Of a stretch of 64,000 bases of DNA, positions 9,714 to 21,143 are shown piece after piece. The stretch comes from a virus. Positions within the stretch are counted from its first letter, which is position 1, and every line of letters starts with the position of its first letter. Location: the IMG/VR virus record IMGVR_UViG_3300023174_000062; one strand, 5' to 3'. A program made the position numbers and the translations under genes. The notes under the pieces are model-generated. The model saw nothing but the letters and a program-made list of their open reading frames with translations, did no database searches and was not told the origin of the DNA.

Positions 9714-10994
9714 ATGGCATCAATCGTAACTAGCAAATTCAGAATTCACAATGCACAGCAGTTTGCAGAAGCATTCTCTGAAACATCAAATACCATCATG
9801 TATTTGTTCATTGGTAAAAACACAACTTTTCCCGATGATAACAACCCACCAACTCCAGTAAACTCTACTGCAAACATTGAATATACGCCATGGCGTGACA
9901 TGTATGCGGTTAAACGTATCAATGCGGCTGACGTAACACACGCAATCCCACGTTACGATTGGACTTCTGGTACAGTTTATGTTTACTATGATGACACAGA
10001 CACAAACTTGATCGAATCAGATAACTTCTATGTTATGACAGACGATTATAACGTTTACAAGTGTTTGTGGAATGCAACAAATAGCGCATCAACTACAAAG
10101 CCAACAGGAACAAGCACATCACCATTCACGACAGCAGACGGATACGTTTGGAAATACATGTATACAGTTACAACTGCTAAAGCGTTGAAATTCGTTACTA
10201 ACAGTTACATTCCAGTTCAGACATTAGATTCTGACGATGGTACGAATCAATGGGGTGTTCAAACAGCCGCTATCGATGGTGGTGTTCACGTTGTTAAAGT
10301 AACAGCAGGTGGTTCAGCCTATGGTTCAGCGCCAGCAGTTACAATTACTGGTGACGGTACTGGTGCTACTGCTAACTCAACAATTACTGCTGGTGCAGTT
10401 ACAGCAGTTACAATTACAAATCCTGGTACAGGCTACACAAGAGCATCTGTTACATTCGCTTCTGGTGCCGCAGCCGCTACAGCAATCATTTCTCCAAAGT
10501 ATGGCCATGGTGCTAATGCTGTTGAAGAACTTGGTGGTAAGTACATCATGTTGAACGTTCGTTTAGATGGTACTGAATCTAATACATTCTCTACTGCTAA
10601 CGAATTCCGTCAAGTTGGTATCATTCGTGATCCATTCTTGTATGGTACATCTACAAGAGCGATTGCCGCATCCTACAGACAGTCTTACAAATATCAGATG
10701 ACTGGTATTTCTGGAACATTCTCTGCTGACGAAACAGTAACGAGCGGTTCTAACACAGCATCTGTTATTGAGTGGACTACACCAAACTTGTACACAACTT
10801 TGCCAGTACACAAGGCATTTGCTAATAGCGCATCTGTAACTGGTGGTACATCTGGTGCTACAGGTACTATTCAAGTCATTACGACTCCAGGCTTACAGCC
10901 ATACACAGGCGACATTATCTATGTTGAAAATCGTGTGCCAATCTCTAGAGCGGCCGACCAAATTGAAGACGTTAAACTAATTATTCAATTCTAA
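9714..10994 (+). CDS. gp8: Baseplate wedge subunit gp8
   Basis: FYVMTDDYNVYKCL, DGYVWKYMY, GHGANAVEELGG, FRQVGIIRDP, GDIIYVENR.PI.RA.DQ.EDVKLIIQF. Confidence 0.9.
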   Translation: MASIVTSKFRIHNAQQFAEAFSETSNTIMYLFIGKNTTFPDDNNPPTPVNSTANIEYTPWRDMYAVKRINAADVTHAIPRYDWTSGTVYVYYDDTDTNLIESDNFYVMTDDYNVYKCLWNATNSASTTKPTGTSTSPFTTADGYVWKYMYTVTTAKALKFVTNSYIPVQTLDSDDGTNQWGVQTAAIDGGVHVVKVTAGGSAYGSAPAVTITGDGTGATANSTITAGAVTAVTITNPGTGYTRASVTFASGAAAATAIISPKYGHGANAVEELGGKYIMLNVRLDGTESNTFSTANEFRQVGIIRDPFLYGTSTRAIAASYRQSYKYQMTGISGTFSADETVTSGSNTASVIEWTTPNLYTTLPVHKAFANSASVTGGTSGATGTIQVITTPGLQPYTGDIIYVENRVPISRAADQIEDVKLIIQF

Positions 10995-11024
10995 TTGCAA
11001 CATAAGAAAACGGGTTTGAACTAA

Positions 11025-14000
11025 ATGGCAAATACCAATCCTGGTGGAGTAGATTTAAACACCAGTCCATATTTTGATGATTATAATGAGGATAAAAAGT
11101 TTGTAAGAGTTCTCTATCGTCCTGGACGTGCTGTTCAGGCTAGAGAACTTACACAAGCCCAAACTCTTCAACAAGTGCAGACTAAGCGTTTTGCTGAATA
11201 TTTTTTCAAGCAAGGTGCATTAGTCGATGGGTGCGAACAAACTTTAGACTTAAACTTAAATTTCGTAAAACTGCAACCAACCTACAATGGTAGTACGGTT
11301 GCAGTTGCGAATTTATTAAGTAAAATTGTCTATGGTGCAAACAGCGGTATCAAAGCATACTGTGGAGTAGTTACCGACATTGACGGTAATGATCCTAAGA
11401 CTCTATTTGTAAGTTACATCACAAACGGAACTCAGGTTCTCACAGTAAACGTTGCTCCATCTATATTGGTATCGGGAAATAAAATTACCCTTGCGAGTGG
11501 AAATACTGGAACAATTGAATCTTGGTATACAGACCCAATTTCTGGCTTAAATAAAATCTTCGTTGCAAATACACGAGGAACGTTAACTGCTACAACAGCA
11601 AACACAACATTAAGCACTGGTGCAAATCAAGTGCTTAATATTACTAATGTTGCAGATTTTACTGCAAATAACACATTCGCAAACTCAGAAACAATCTTTA
11701 CATCTGACATAACTGGAAGAAGTTATGCACTTGCGGCCGCACAGAATGCAACAAGAAACATTGTAGATCAAGGCCTTGCAACAGAAAAGATTTATAATTA
11801 CGGATCCAAAATAACTGTTGCTGAAGGTGTAGTTTACACCGCAGATCATTTTGTTAAACATACAGCACAAACAATTATTCTCGACAAGTATTCAAACGAA
11901 CCATCATATAAAGTTGGTATCGTACCAAGTAGATCATTCATTGATTACATTGAAGATCAAACACTTGTTGACAATGCACAAGGTACACCAAACTATCAAG
12001 CACCAGGTGCTGATAGATTGAAAATTGAAACTACTTTAACTAAAGTTGCAGTAGATGCTGTTACTGATGAAAATGAATTCATCACAGTAACTGAAATCGA
12101 AAACGGTATCGCAAGAAAAAGAAAAACTATTAGCGTTGATAGCAAACTAGAAGATGCTATGGCTAAACGCACAGAGGAAGAATCTGGCAATTATACATTA
12201 TCTGATCCTGTTGTTGTTGTCCGTGAGCATTTATTGAATGGAACCAATGGCGGTAGGTATTCTACTGAAGAAGCCGGAAATTCAAATCTATTGCTAGTTG
12301 AAGTTGATCCATTTACAGCATATGTTTCTGGTTACAGAAATCAAATCATTGCAAAAACTTCAATTCAAGTTGAAAAAGGTCTTAACACATCATATGTGCA
12401 AGAAACAAAGACTCAGATCAACTATGGACAATACATTGAAGTAAATGAACTTGTTGGTGCATGGGACATTATGGAATCAACACCAGTTGATCTCTACGAC
12501 ACTCCACAAAAAGTTATTACAAACCTAGCATATTCAACAGCAACAGTTGCTGGTAGTGCTATTGGTACTGCAAAAGTACGTTCGATTGAATACGTTGATG
12601 GTCTGAAAGGCACATCATCTGCAAAGTATAAGTTATATTTGTATGAAATTGTTATGAACACAGGTAAAAACTTTTCTGACGTTCGTGCAGTTTATGACTC
12701 AGCAACTCCTAAACGTTTTGCCGATATCATTACAACTACAGCAGGTGCAGTCTTAAAAGAAACATCATTCAATACGATGATTTTTCCATTGCCGTATCAA
12801 GCAATTAAAACAATTCGTGACTCAGCACAAAACGTTAAGACAGCGTTTACATTCAAAAAGAAATTCACGGTTTCATTCTCATCTGGTGTTGCTACTGTTG
12901 CTACTGACGTTGTTACAGAAACATTCGTTGGTACTGGAGTATTAAGTGATACTCAAAAGAATGATAACTACATGGTTGTTGTTAACAATGGTGGCGCAAA
13001 CGTAGAGACTTCTGCATTGACTGGTACCGTTACTGTGGGTGCTGGCTCCAATACAGTTATTGGTTCCGCAACAACATTCCTCAGTCAAGTTAACGTTGGC
13101 GATTTAATTAAAATTAATAGCCTAACAAGACAGATTTCTGCTATTGCAAATAACACATATTTGACACTTTCATCAGTACATACTGGTGCGACTGCAAACA
13201 CATTCACCAAGATAATTCCAACCGGAACAGTTATACCTATGGGCGCCCAAGGCGGCAAAGGAAGTTCTAGAACAATTACAGTTTCTTCTCCTGGTACTGT
13301 AGCAATTGACGTTCAAGAAAATGCTACGTTTACTGCTGAAATTATTGTGTCTATGGACAGAACAAGCGCAAGAGAAAAAGTTAAAACGTTGAATTATTCA
13401 ACGACTGCGAATATTCAACCAAATACACATCCTAGTGGAATATCTGGACCATTCGGCTTAGGCTATGGTGACGTATATCAATTACGTGCTGTTTATCAAT
13501 CAGCAAACATGGCTTCACCTGCTACAACAAGCAGTACTAATGTAACTCAGTACTATACGTTAGACAATGGACAGCGTGATTACTCATATGAACATGCAAC
13601 AATTAAACCTGCGACAGGTTATGTTCCAACAGGAAGATTGTTAGCGGTATTTGATAACTTCACCCACGATACTTCTCAGGGTGTTGGTTATGCATCTGTA
13701 GATTCTTATCCAATCAATGATAGCACAACATCAAATACAACAATCACGACTGCTAGTGTTCCGACATTTACAAGTCCAAATTCAAAAGTAGTATATAATT
13801 TACGTGATTGTATTGACTTCAGACCAATTAAGACTGCAAACACATCTTTGAATCCTATTGATGTTGGCACATATCAAATTCCAACATTTGGACTTCGTAT
13901 TCCAGAATCAGGTACAAACTTTGATGCAGATTTAATTTTCTACAAAGGTAGAGTTTCTAAAGTCTTCATTAGCAGTAGCGGTTTGTTCGGTATCAATGAT

Positions 14001-17000
14001 GGTGTTCCAGCACAATCAGGTAATCAGAGAGCAGAATCTCCACCAACAAAACCAGACACATTAGAAATTGCTGAACTTAATATTCCAGCATATCCATCAT
14101 TACCAACTGACGTTAAAATCAGATTGTTGAAAAACAAACGATTCACAATGCGTGATGTTGCAAAGATGAATGAAAGACTCGAAAGACTTGAGTACTTTAC
14201 TGCATTAAGTTATCTTGAAAAGCAAGCAACAGATAAAACTGAATTAGATGCTGATGGATTGAATAGATTCAAGAATGGTATTATTGTTGATGCATTCACC
14301 GGTTGGTCAGTTGGTTCTGTAGCAGATTCAATTGGAACATCTTCAATCGACAAAAAGAATAAACTATTGACTTGTTTACAAGACAATGATAATCATGTCA
14401 ACCTTACATACTTAGCACCACAATCGACTGCAAGACTATCAGTTGGCAATAAAGTTTTGTTGCCATATACTGAAGTTGAAGCGCCAGGATTAAAACAAGT
14501 ATATGCGTCTAGACAATTAAGACTTGCAGAAGAATTGAACTTCACGTGGAATGGTAACATGACCATCATTCCATATGCAGACACATTCTTTGAAACAGAA
14601 AATGTGCCAGAGAAAGCAGTAGTGTATAATGATGACCAAGGTGCAGATAACTGGAAAGCATTACGAAATGCTTGGAATACTGAAGTTGCGCCATTAAATC
14701 AAAAGTGGCTTGGTGATCCAGTAACAGCAGAAGTAAGCAGACAAACAACTCAAGTTGGTGGGTTCAATGTAACTACAGCGTTACAACGAACAACCGAAAC
14801 TGCATACAATCAATTAGCAACTGGTAGTCAATCAACTACATCTAAACAAGATGTTCAGTTTGAAAGAGTTATTAGCGTAGAAGCCGCATTGTGGATGCGT
14901 TCAAGAGAATTCGTTGTGCAAGCAACTGGACTTAAAGAGAGTGCTAGATTATATGCATTCTTCGATGGCGTTGATGTTACTGCAAATTGTACTCAAATTC
15001 AATTGAAAGGTGCAACAACAACTGTACAATCATTAAATTCAAGTTTTACAAGTAATGGTATCTTAGGTGGTATAGGAAGTACTTGGGAAGGCATTACAGA
15101 TGATGCAAATAATCCTGACGCATTGATTGTTAAGAATCACGAAATTTTATTATTATTTCAAGTGCCAAAACAAAAATTCTATACTGGTCAACGTGAGTTT
15201 AAATTGACTGACAGTCCTACAAATGCTATTGATGCATTGACTACTGCTACTGCAAATATTTTTGCACAAGGTATTCAACAAAAGACTGCTACATTTGCAA
15301 TTAACTCTAGGCCATACAGCGTATCATTCGATACCAATTTGTCGAATATTAGAACAATTGGAAGAAGAGTTAGAACTGAACAGACTGTAGAGTTGGCTAG
15401 AACTCCAATTCCTGTAGCATCTACTGACCCATTGTCTCAGAGTTTCTACGTTGATCCAGAAACATATCCAAATGGATTCTATGTAACTTCTATTGATTTG
15501 TTCTTTAAGACTAAATCAACGAATAATAATTTAGGTGTATCTGTCGAACTTCGTGAACTTGAAGATGGATATCCATCACAACTTTATATCAGCAAGACTG
15601 ATAGCGCATATCTTAAAAATCCTAGCATTAACATTAGTTCAAACGCATCTGTGCCAACAAAGTTTGCATTCAAAAATCCTATATATTTAAATTCTGGTGC
15701 AGATTATTGTTTTGCTGTTAGACCTGATGGTAATGATCCAGACTTTGCGATTTGGGTTGCAGAACTTGGTGCGATTGACATTACAAATCCGGACAAGCAA
15801 ACACGTATTGAGCGGGCATATAACTCTGGTGTATTATTCACATCTCAAACGGATAAAACGTGGACTGCAAAACAAAATACCGACATGAAGTTTACGATGA
15901 GAATTGCAGAGTTTGCAGTTAATACTCCAAGATACGCATACTATAATAACATTTCATCTAATACTGCATTCACATATGATGCATTGACTCCTAAATTTGC
16001 AGATCAAATTCTTCCCGGAACGTCAATCACATATGAAATCAAAACGGCTGACAGTACTGCCGCAGTTGATTCTGACTACACGACAATTAAAAATCTTGAA
16101 AGATTGAGATTGAATTCACGCAAACAGATTTCATTGGGTACTTCCGAGACTGCAACGAATTTCAAATCGTTGTTGGTGAGAGCAACCTTATCTACTGCTA
16201 ATAAGCATATTAGCCCGTATTTGGACAATGAAAATCATGCTATATACTTTGATAAGAACATTATCAATAACAATTCATATACTGCGGTAGATGGAACAGT
16301 AACATATGGCGTAGGAAATAACATTGTTGTTGGAACAGGAACAAGTTTCACGACACAAGTATTCCCTGGTGAATATGCTTACTTTGGTGACGAATACAGA
16401 AAAGTTTCATCTATTGCAAACAATGTGTATTTGACAGTATCAAATAACTTCACGACAGCGAATGCAACAAATCAAGCGATGACTATTCGCAATGAAGAAA
16501 ATCCGATTGGACCATATTCTTCACAGTCTAGATATGTGACTAAAGTTGTTACATTGAATGACGGATTTGAAGCATCAGACTTGGTAGTTTATTTCAACGT
16601 AAATAGACCACCAGGAACTACAGTAAAAGTTTACTGTAAGTTGTTGAATGAGAATGATACTGACGCATTTGAAGATAAATTCTATACCCCAATGAGTTTA
16701 GTTGGTACAGAAACAACTACGTTGAATCAGAATGAGTACAAAGAAGAGAAGTACACAGTACCTTCTGTAGCAAAAACTGGTGGTTCTGAATTGTTAGCAG
16801 GTACAGTTTTGACTTCTAACACATCAACAACATTGATTGGTACTAATACTCGCTTCTTAGAAGACTTGAAAATTGGTGACACAATTGCCGTTGGTACTGC
16901 TAGAACAGAGCGTGTGGTTTCTACGATTGCAAACAATACATCATTGACAGTAGAGACTGCTTATCCAACTGTTGCTTCTGGACAAGACATTTTCCGTGTT

Positions 17001-17144
17001 CTAAATAACACTGTTGCTTATACGACACCTGATGGAAGAACATTTCAAGGGTATAAATATTTTGCAATTAAGGTTGTGTTCCTTTCTAGTAACCCAAATT
17101 ATGCACCAAAAATCAAAGAATTAAGGGGGATAGCATTAGCATGA
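11025..17144 (+). CDS. Large virion structural protein (DUF4815/VrlC-like)
   Basis: LNTSPYFDDY...VLYRPGRAVQARELTQ.Q, APGADRLKI, RT.EESGNY, RFKNGIIVDAF, DPLSQSF motifs typical of large baseplate-associated proteins of T4-like phages. Confidence 0.8.
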   Translation: MANTNPGGVDLNTSPYFDDYNEDKKFVRVLYRPGRAVQARELTQAQTLQQVQTKRFAEYFFKQGALVDGCEQTLDLNLNFVKLQPTYNGSTVAVANLLSKIVYGANSGIKAYCGVVTDIDGNDPKTLFVSYITNGTQVLTVNVAPSILVSGNKITLASGNTGTIESWYTDPISGLNKIFVANTRGTLTATTANTTLSTGANQVLNITNVADFTANNTFANSETIFTSDITGRSYALAAAQNATRNIVDQGLATEKIYNYGSKITVAEGVVYTADHFVKHTAQTIILDKYSNEPSYKVGIVPSRSFIDYIEDQTLVDNAQGTPNYQAPGADRLKIETTLTKVAVDAVTDENEFITVTEIENGIARKRKTISVDSKLEDAMAKRTEEESGNYTLSDPVVVVREHLLNGTNGGRYSTEEAGNSNLLLVEVDPFTAYVSGYRNQIIAKTSIQVEKGLNTSYVQETKTQINYGQYIEVNELVGAWDIMESTPVDLYDTPQKVITNLAYSTATVAGSAIGTAKVRSIEYVDGLKGTSSAKYKLYLYEIVMNTGKNFSDVRAVYDSATPKRFADIITTTAGAVLKETSFNTMIFPLPYQAIKTIRDSAQNVKTAFTFKKKFTVSFSSGVATVATDVVTETFVGTGVLSDTQKNDNYMVVVNNGGANVETSALTGTVTVGAGSNTVIGSATTFLSQVNVGDLIKINSLTRQISAIANNTYLTLSSVHTGATANTFTKIIPTGTVIPMGAQGGKGSSRTITVSSPGTVAIDVQENATFTAEIIVSMDRTSAREKVKTLNYSTTANIQPNTHPSGISGPFGLGYGDVYQLRAVYQSANMASPATTSSTNVTQYYTLDNGQRDYSYEHATIKPATGYVPTGRLLAVFDNFTHDTSQGVGYASVDSYPINDSTTSNTTITTASVPTFTSPNSKVVYNLRDCIDFRPIKTANTSLNPIDVGTYQIPTFGLRIPESGTNFDADLIFYKGRVSKVFISSSGLFGINDGVPAQSGNQRAESPPTKPDTLEIAELNIPAYPSLPTDVKIRLLKNKRFTMRDVAKMNERLERLEYFTALSYLEKQATDKTELDADGLNRFKNGIIVDAFTGWSVGSVADSIGTSSIDKKNKLLTCLQDNDNHVNLTYLAPQSTARLSVGNKVLLPYTEVEAPGLKQVYASRQLRLAEELNFTWNGNMTIIPYADTFFETENVPEKAVVYNDDQGADNWKALRNAWNTEVAPLNQKWLGDPVTAEVSRQTTQVGGFNVTTALQRTTETAYNQLATGSQSTTSKQDVQFERVISVEAALWMRSREFVVQATGLKESARLYAFFDGVDVTANCTQIQLKGATTTVQSLNSSFTSNGILGGIGSTWEGITDDANNPDALIVKNHEILLLFQVPKQKFYTGQREFKLTDSPTNAIDALTTATANIFAQGIQQKTATFAINSRPYSVSFDTNLSNIRTIGRRVRTEQTVELARTPIPVASTDPLSQSFYVDPETYPNGFYVTSIDLFFKTKSTNNNLGVSVELRELEDGYPSQLYISKTDSAYLKNPSINISSNASVPTKFAFKNPIYLNSGADYCFAVRPDGNDPDFAIWVAELGAIDITNPDKQTRIERAYNSGVLFTSQTDKTWTAKQNTDMKFTMRIAEFAVNTPRYAYYNNISSNTAFTYDALTPKFADQILPGTSITYEIKTADSTAAVDSDYTTIKNLERLRLNSRKQISLGTSETATNFKSLLVRATLSTANKHISPYLDNENHAIYFDKNIINNNSYTAVDGTVTYGVGNNIVVGTGTSFTTQVFPGEYAYFGDEYRKVSSIANNVYLTVSNNFTTANATNQAMTIRNEENPIGPYSSQSRYVTKVVTLNDGFEASDLVVYFNVNRPPGTTVKVYCKLLNENDTDAFEDKFYTPMSLVGTETTTLNQNEYKEEKYTVPSVAKTGGSELLAGTVLTSNTSTTLIGTNTRFLEDLKIGDTIAVGTARTERVVSTIANNTSLTVETAYPTVASGQDIFRVLNNTVAYTTPDGRTFQGYKYFAIKVVFLSSNPNYAPKIKELRGIALA

Positions 17145-17389
17145 TAGTTGAAAAGATTACAATTGCTGAACCTGTCCGTGGGTTCACAGAAAGAGATCGA
17201 AACTCTAAGGCAATTTTAAATACGGACATGGATTCTCTCTTACAGTATAAAATTCAAAAACGAAAAATTTCTGATATAAATAAGAGTAGAAACGAAATCA
17301 ACATGATTCGTGGAGAGGTTGACCAAATCAAGTCGGACCTAGGCGAAATCAAAAATCTATTATTAAAAATCACTAAAGAGAGAGAGTAA
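17141..17389 (+). CDS. Small coiled-coil protein typically found after DUF4815 genes
   Basis: RD..SKAILNTD...Y and EI..I..E...IKSDL.EIK.LL pattern; ATGA overlap. Confidence 0.6.
   Translation: MIVEKITIAEPVRGFTERDRNSKAILNTDMDSLLQYKIQKRKISDINKSRNEINMIRGEVDQIKSDLGEIKNLLLKITKERE
17275..17282 (+). promoter_or_regulatory. T4-type late promoter TATAAATA (intragenic, upstream of fibre gene)
   Basis: Exact consensus about 110 nt before 17392. Confidence 0.5.
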
Positions 17390-17391
17390 AC

Positions 17392-19092
17392 ATGGCAAAC
17401 CTAGTACTATCACAAGTTGCACTATCTAATACATTCAACGAATTTAGACAATCATATAACGATGTGGCTAACGTTGTAAATTCGATTCAATCGGATCAGA
17501 CTACAAACCTACAAGCAAATACTATCTCAGTTGCTAGAACAGCGACTGTAGGAAACTTAAATTCACAAGGATTTGCAACAGTTACCGGAAACTTTAGCGT
17601 AAATTCAGATAAGTTATCTGTTACTGCCGCAACTGGTCTTGTTTCTATTGCAAATGACTTAAACGCTAACAACAGAATTCGTTTGCACAGTTCAAATGGT
17701 TCTATCACAGCATCAAACACAATTTTCTCGACTAATACTATTTCTCGACATATTGAATCACTTGGTACTGGCGAAGCAATCACAGCAGGTACAGTTTGGC
17801 ACAATGATCGTGGTGAAGATCCAGAACAGCACTTAGTTATTGGTATTGGTGACAAAGACGGCTCACACGATATTGCTGTTGTTAACAGAAGCACAGGTGC
17901 TAATGGATATGCTGAGTTTATTGCATTCTCAGCAACAGGTAATAGTGAAGATGGTTGGATTTCAACTGGTATCAATAGCCCAACATATAGCCAAGGTGCA
18001 TATTCTATTACTGGTCCTGATGACGGTTATCTATTGTACGAACCAAAGAACGGCACATCAGGAAATGGTAACTTGATTATTGCTACTGGTTCTGGTGGCT
18101 CAAGAAATCAAATCATTATTGGTGCTGGTGGTTTCAATAATCCTGCAAATAATCAACAGATGGTTATCACTCCAGGACAAAGCGTTGCAATCACTATTAA
18201 CACACAATCTTCAAACACTACGACTGGTGCTTTGACAGTTAACGGTGGTATTGGTCTACGTGGTAACTTGAACGTTGGTGGTAACGTTGCAATTACAGGT
18301 ACAATTACACTTGGTGGTGGCGGTAACACAGTTTCTACATCATCATTGAGCGTTGACAACCCAATGGTTTTCTTGGGTTCAAACAATGCCGCAGACATTC
18401 TCGACTTAGGTATTGTTGGTGAATACACATCTAGTGGTAGAAAATATGCTGGTCTTGTTCGTGACGCAAGCGATTCAGGTATATTTAAGTTGTTTGCAAA
18501 TAACTCTACTAGACCTAATAATACAGTTGATTTTGCAGACGCAAACAATGCATATGGAACATTACTTGTAGGCACACTTCGTGCAAATAATAATATATCA
18601 TCTACAAGTAACACAACAGGCACATTGGTTGTAACTGGTGGTGTTGGCATTAGCGAAAACTTAAACGTTGGTGCTAACGTTACAGTTACAGGTCTTGCAA
18701 CATTCACTGGTGGTATCAGAGCGCAAGAGATTCAAGAAGACGTTGTAGACACTACACAAGGTTCAAACGTTATTGGTTGTGATTATAGTTTAGGTAACAT
18801 CTTCTATCGCACAAGCACAAACTTTAGCGGAAACTTCACAATGAACATAACAAATGCACCAACAACAGATGGTCGTGTTTTCTCTGTCACATTGTTCCAA
18901 ACACAAGGTTCAACTGGATACAGACCAACAACGTTAAACATTAACGGTTCTGGCGCAACTATCAAGTGGGTTGGTGGAAGTGCACCAACTCCAACATCTT
19001 CATCTGGTGCGATGGATGTATTCTCATTCACAATCATTCGTAGAGGCGCCGCATATGAAGTTCTTGCAACTTCAACATTGAACTTTGCTTAA
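17392..19092 (+). CDS. Tail fibre/baseplate-associated beta-rich protein
   Basis: S.TFNEFR..N N-terminus; repeated STSNTTGAL.V.GG.G...NLNVG motifs; C-terminal IKWVGGSAPTPT..DVFSF domain. Confidence 0.7.
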   Translation: MANLVLSQVALSNTFNEFRQSYNDVANVVNSIQSDQTTNLQANTISVARTATVGNLNSQGFATVTGNFSVNSDKLSVTAATGLVSIANDLNANNRIRLHSSNGSITASNTIFSTNTISRHIESLGTGEAITAGTVWHNDRGEDPEQHLVIGIGDKDGSHDIAVVNRSTGANGYAEFIAFSATGNSEDGWISTGINSPTYSQGAYSITGPDDGYLLYEPKNGTSGNGNLIIATGSGGSRNQIIIGAGGFNNPANNQQMVITPGQSVAITINTQSSNTTTGALTVNGGIGLRGNLNVGGNVAITGTITLGGGGNTVSTSSLSVDNPMVFLGSNNAADILDLGIVGEYTSSGRKYAGLVRDASDSGIFKLFANNSTRPNNTVDFADANNAYGTLLVGTLRANNNISSTSNTTGTLVVTGGVGISENLNVGANVTVTGLATFTGGIRAQEIQEDVVDTTQGSNVIGCDYSLGNIFYRTSTNFSGNFTMNITNAPTTDGRVFSVTLFQTQGSTGYRPTTLNINGSGATIKWVGGSAPTPTSSSGAMDVFSFTIIRRGAAYEVLATSTLNFA

Positions 19093-19133
19093 TTATTGAT
19101 ATCGATTCTATTAGTTATTAACAGGAAAAACAA

Positions 19134-21125
19134 ATGACATTTTTAGCATCTGTATCGGGTAAATTTAGTGCGACAGCGCAAGTAAAATCAAGTGGTGGTG
19201 CGTCCATAGGACAACAGGCGTTTGTTGCGCCTGGAACGTATACGTGGATCGCCCCACCTGGAGTTACTAAAGTTTCTGCTGTTTGTATCGGTGGTGGTGG
19301 TTCTGGCTATAGAACATGGGCTAACTATGGTGGCGCTGGAGGTGGTCTTGGTTGGAAAAATAATATTCCAGTAAGTCCAGGAACTGGATACACAGTTGTG
19401 GTTGGTGACTCTGGTCGTGATCGTTATGGTTCAGCCGGACAAACTAGTTACTTCATCGGTACAGGTACCGTAGCAGGTTATGGTGGTGGTAATGGAACAT
19501 CTGGTTCTAATACTTCAGGTCCTAATTCAAACGGCTATGGTGGTGGCTACACAGGCGATGGTGGTGGTGCTGGAGGAAATTCAAATGGTCAAGCCGGTGG
19601 TGGTGCTGGCGGCTATACTGGTCGTGGTGGTAATACTAGTGAAAACATGTATGGCAATGGATATGGATCCGCATCAGGGGGTGGTGTTTATTCATCAACA
19701 TATGGTACAGGCGGAGGCGGTGGTGTTGGAATTTGGGGTCAGGGCTCCGATTCATACTACTGGACCGGACCATATGGTGTAACAACATCATCAGGCAATG
19801 GTGGTGGTGGTAATGGAGGATCTGGTGGTGGTCGAGGTCACTACGGAGAGAATCCATTTGGATCACCAGGTCACGAAGTTTTTCATCCGGCCGGAGGTAA
19901 CTTTGGAGGCGGTGGCGGTGGTGGTGGTACCAGTTTAGGTCAATTTGGTGGACCTGGTGGTGTAGGTGCAGTAAGATTAATTTGGGGTCAGGGCAGAGCA
20001 TTCCCTAGCACAAATACTGGAGACGTTTCTCCTGCACTTCAAGTTCCATTTCCAACAACAGGTGATGCTGTCTACACTCTTCCAGGAACATATACTTGGA
20101 CATGCCCACCAGGCGTGTCATCAATATCTATTGTTGCTGTAGGCGGAGGTTCTGCTGGTTACGGACCATGGACAGGAACCTATGGTGGTTCTGGTGGCGG
20201 TCTAGGCTACAAAAATAATTATCCTGTATCACCAGGAAGTACCTATACTGTACGAGTAGGTGCAGGTGGTGCAGGCGGTTATGGACAAGACACATATTTT
20301 GTTGGTCGTGGTACTGTCTGTGGCTACGGCGGTGGGACTGGCGTGTTTGGTTATGGTGAGGCTGGTCAAGGTCCTAATGCAAACGGCTATGGCGGTGGCT
20401 ACACAGGCGATGGTGGTGGCGTTGGTGGTAATTACACTGGTTATGCTGGCGCAGGTGCAGGTGGATATACCGGTCAAGGCGGAAATACAAATGCAGGTGG
20501 TAGTGGTGGTAGCGGCGCAGGTGGATATCCATACTCATCAACATATGGTGGTGCTGGTGGCGGCGGCGTAGGTTTGTACGGGCTTGGCAACAGCGGAATG
20601 GTGTATGGCACAGGCTGGTATCCTTACTCTACTGGCAATGCTGTAGGATATGGTAGAATGGGTTCGTATTCGGGTAGCGGTATCGGTTCAGGTGGCAATA
20701 GCGGCGGCGGTGGCTCTGGCGGTGAAAACGGATTCGTTGGTGAAAATGGTGCATACAGTTATCCTGAAGGTGGTGGTCCTACTTCTTATCCTGGTCCACG
20801 AGGTGGTAACTGTGGTGGCGGTGGAGGCGCAGGAGGAACTTCTTGGGCGAATGGCGGCAAAGGTGGTACCGGTGGACTTCGTATTGTTTGGCCAGGAAGT
20901 AGTAGACAATTCCCAAATACAAACGTTGGTGATGCTGTTGGAGATACAATGTATGGAAGAGGCTATTGGGGTGGATCATCAGGAACAGATGGACGTGGTT
21001 CGGTTGGATATTACACCCACATGTTTGGTCCAAATGGCGTAAGAGAACCTCAGTCTCCAGTAAACAATTCCGATTCATCATATATACCTGCATATCAACC
21101 TTTATTTGGTCAGAATTATGGTTAA
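19134..21125 (+). CDS. Glycine-rich virion/fibre-associated protein, paralogue 1
   Basis: Two internal units each PGTYTW.PPGV..S.V..GGG...GG.G.VR..W; very high Gly/Tyr content. Confidence 0.75.
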   Translation: MTFLASVSGKFSATAQVKSSGGASIGQQAFVAPGTYTWIAPPGVTKVSAVCIGGGGSGYRTWANYGGAGGGLGWKNNIPVSPGTGYTVVVGDSGRDRYGSAGQTSYFIGTGTVAGYGGGNGTSGSNTSGPNSNGYGGGYTGDGGGAGGNSNGQAGGGAGGYTGRGGNTSENMYGNGYGSASGGGVYSSTYGTGGGGGVGIWGQGSDSYYWTGPYGVTTSSGNGGGGNGGSGGGRGHYGENPFGSPGHEVFHPAGGNFGGGGGGGGTSLGQFGGPGGVGAVRLIWGQGRAFPSTNTGDVSPALQVPFPTTGDAVYTLPGTYTWTCPPGVSSISIVAVGGGSAGYGPWTGTYGGSGGGLGYKNNYPVSPGSTYTVRVGAGGAGGYGQDTYFVGRGTVCGYGGGTGVFGYGEAGQGPNANGYGGGYTGDGGGVGGNYTGYAGAGAGGYTGQGGNTNAGGSGGSGAGGYPYSSTYGGAGGGGVGLYGLGNSGMVYGTGWYPYSTGNAVGYGRMGSYSGSGIGSGGNSGGGGSGGENGFVGENGAYSYPEGGGPTSYPGPRGGNCGGGGGAGGTSWANGGKGGTGGLRIVWPGSSRQFPNTNVGDAVGDTMYGRGYWGGSSGTDGRGSVGYYTHMFGPNGVREPQSPVNNSDSSYIPAYQPLFGQNYG

Positions 21126-21143
21126 AAAATTTAGGAAAAACAA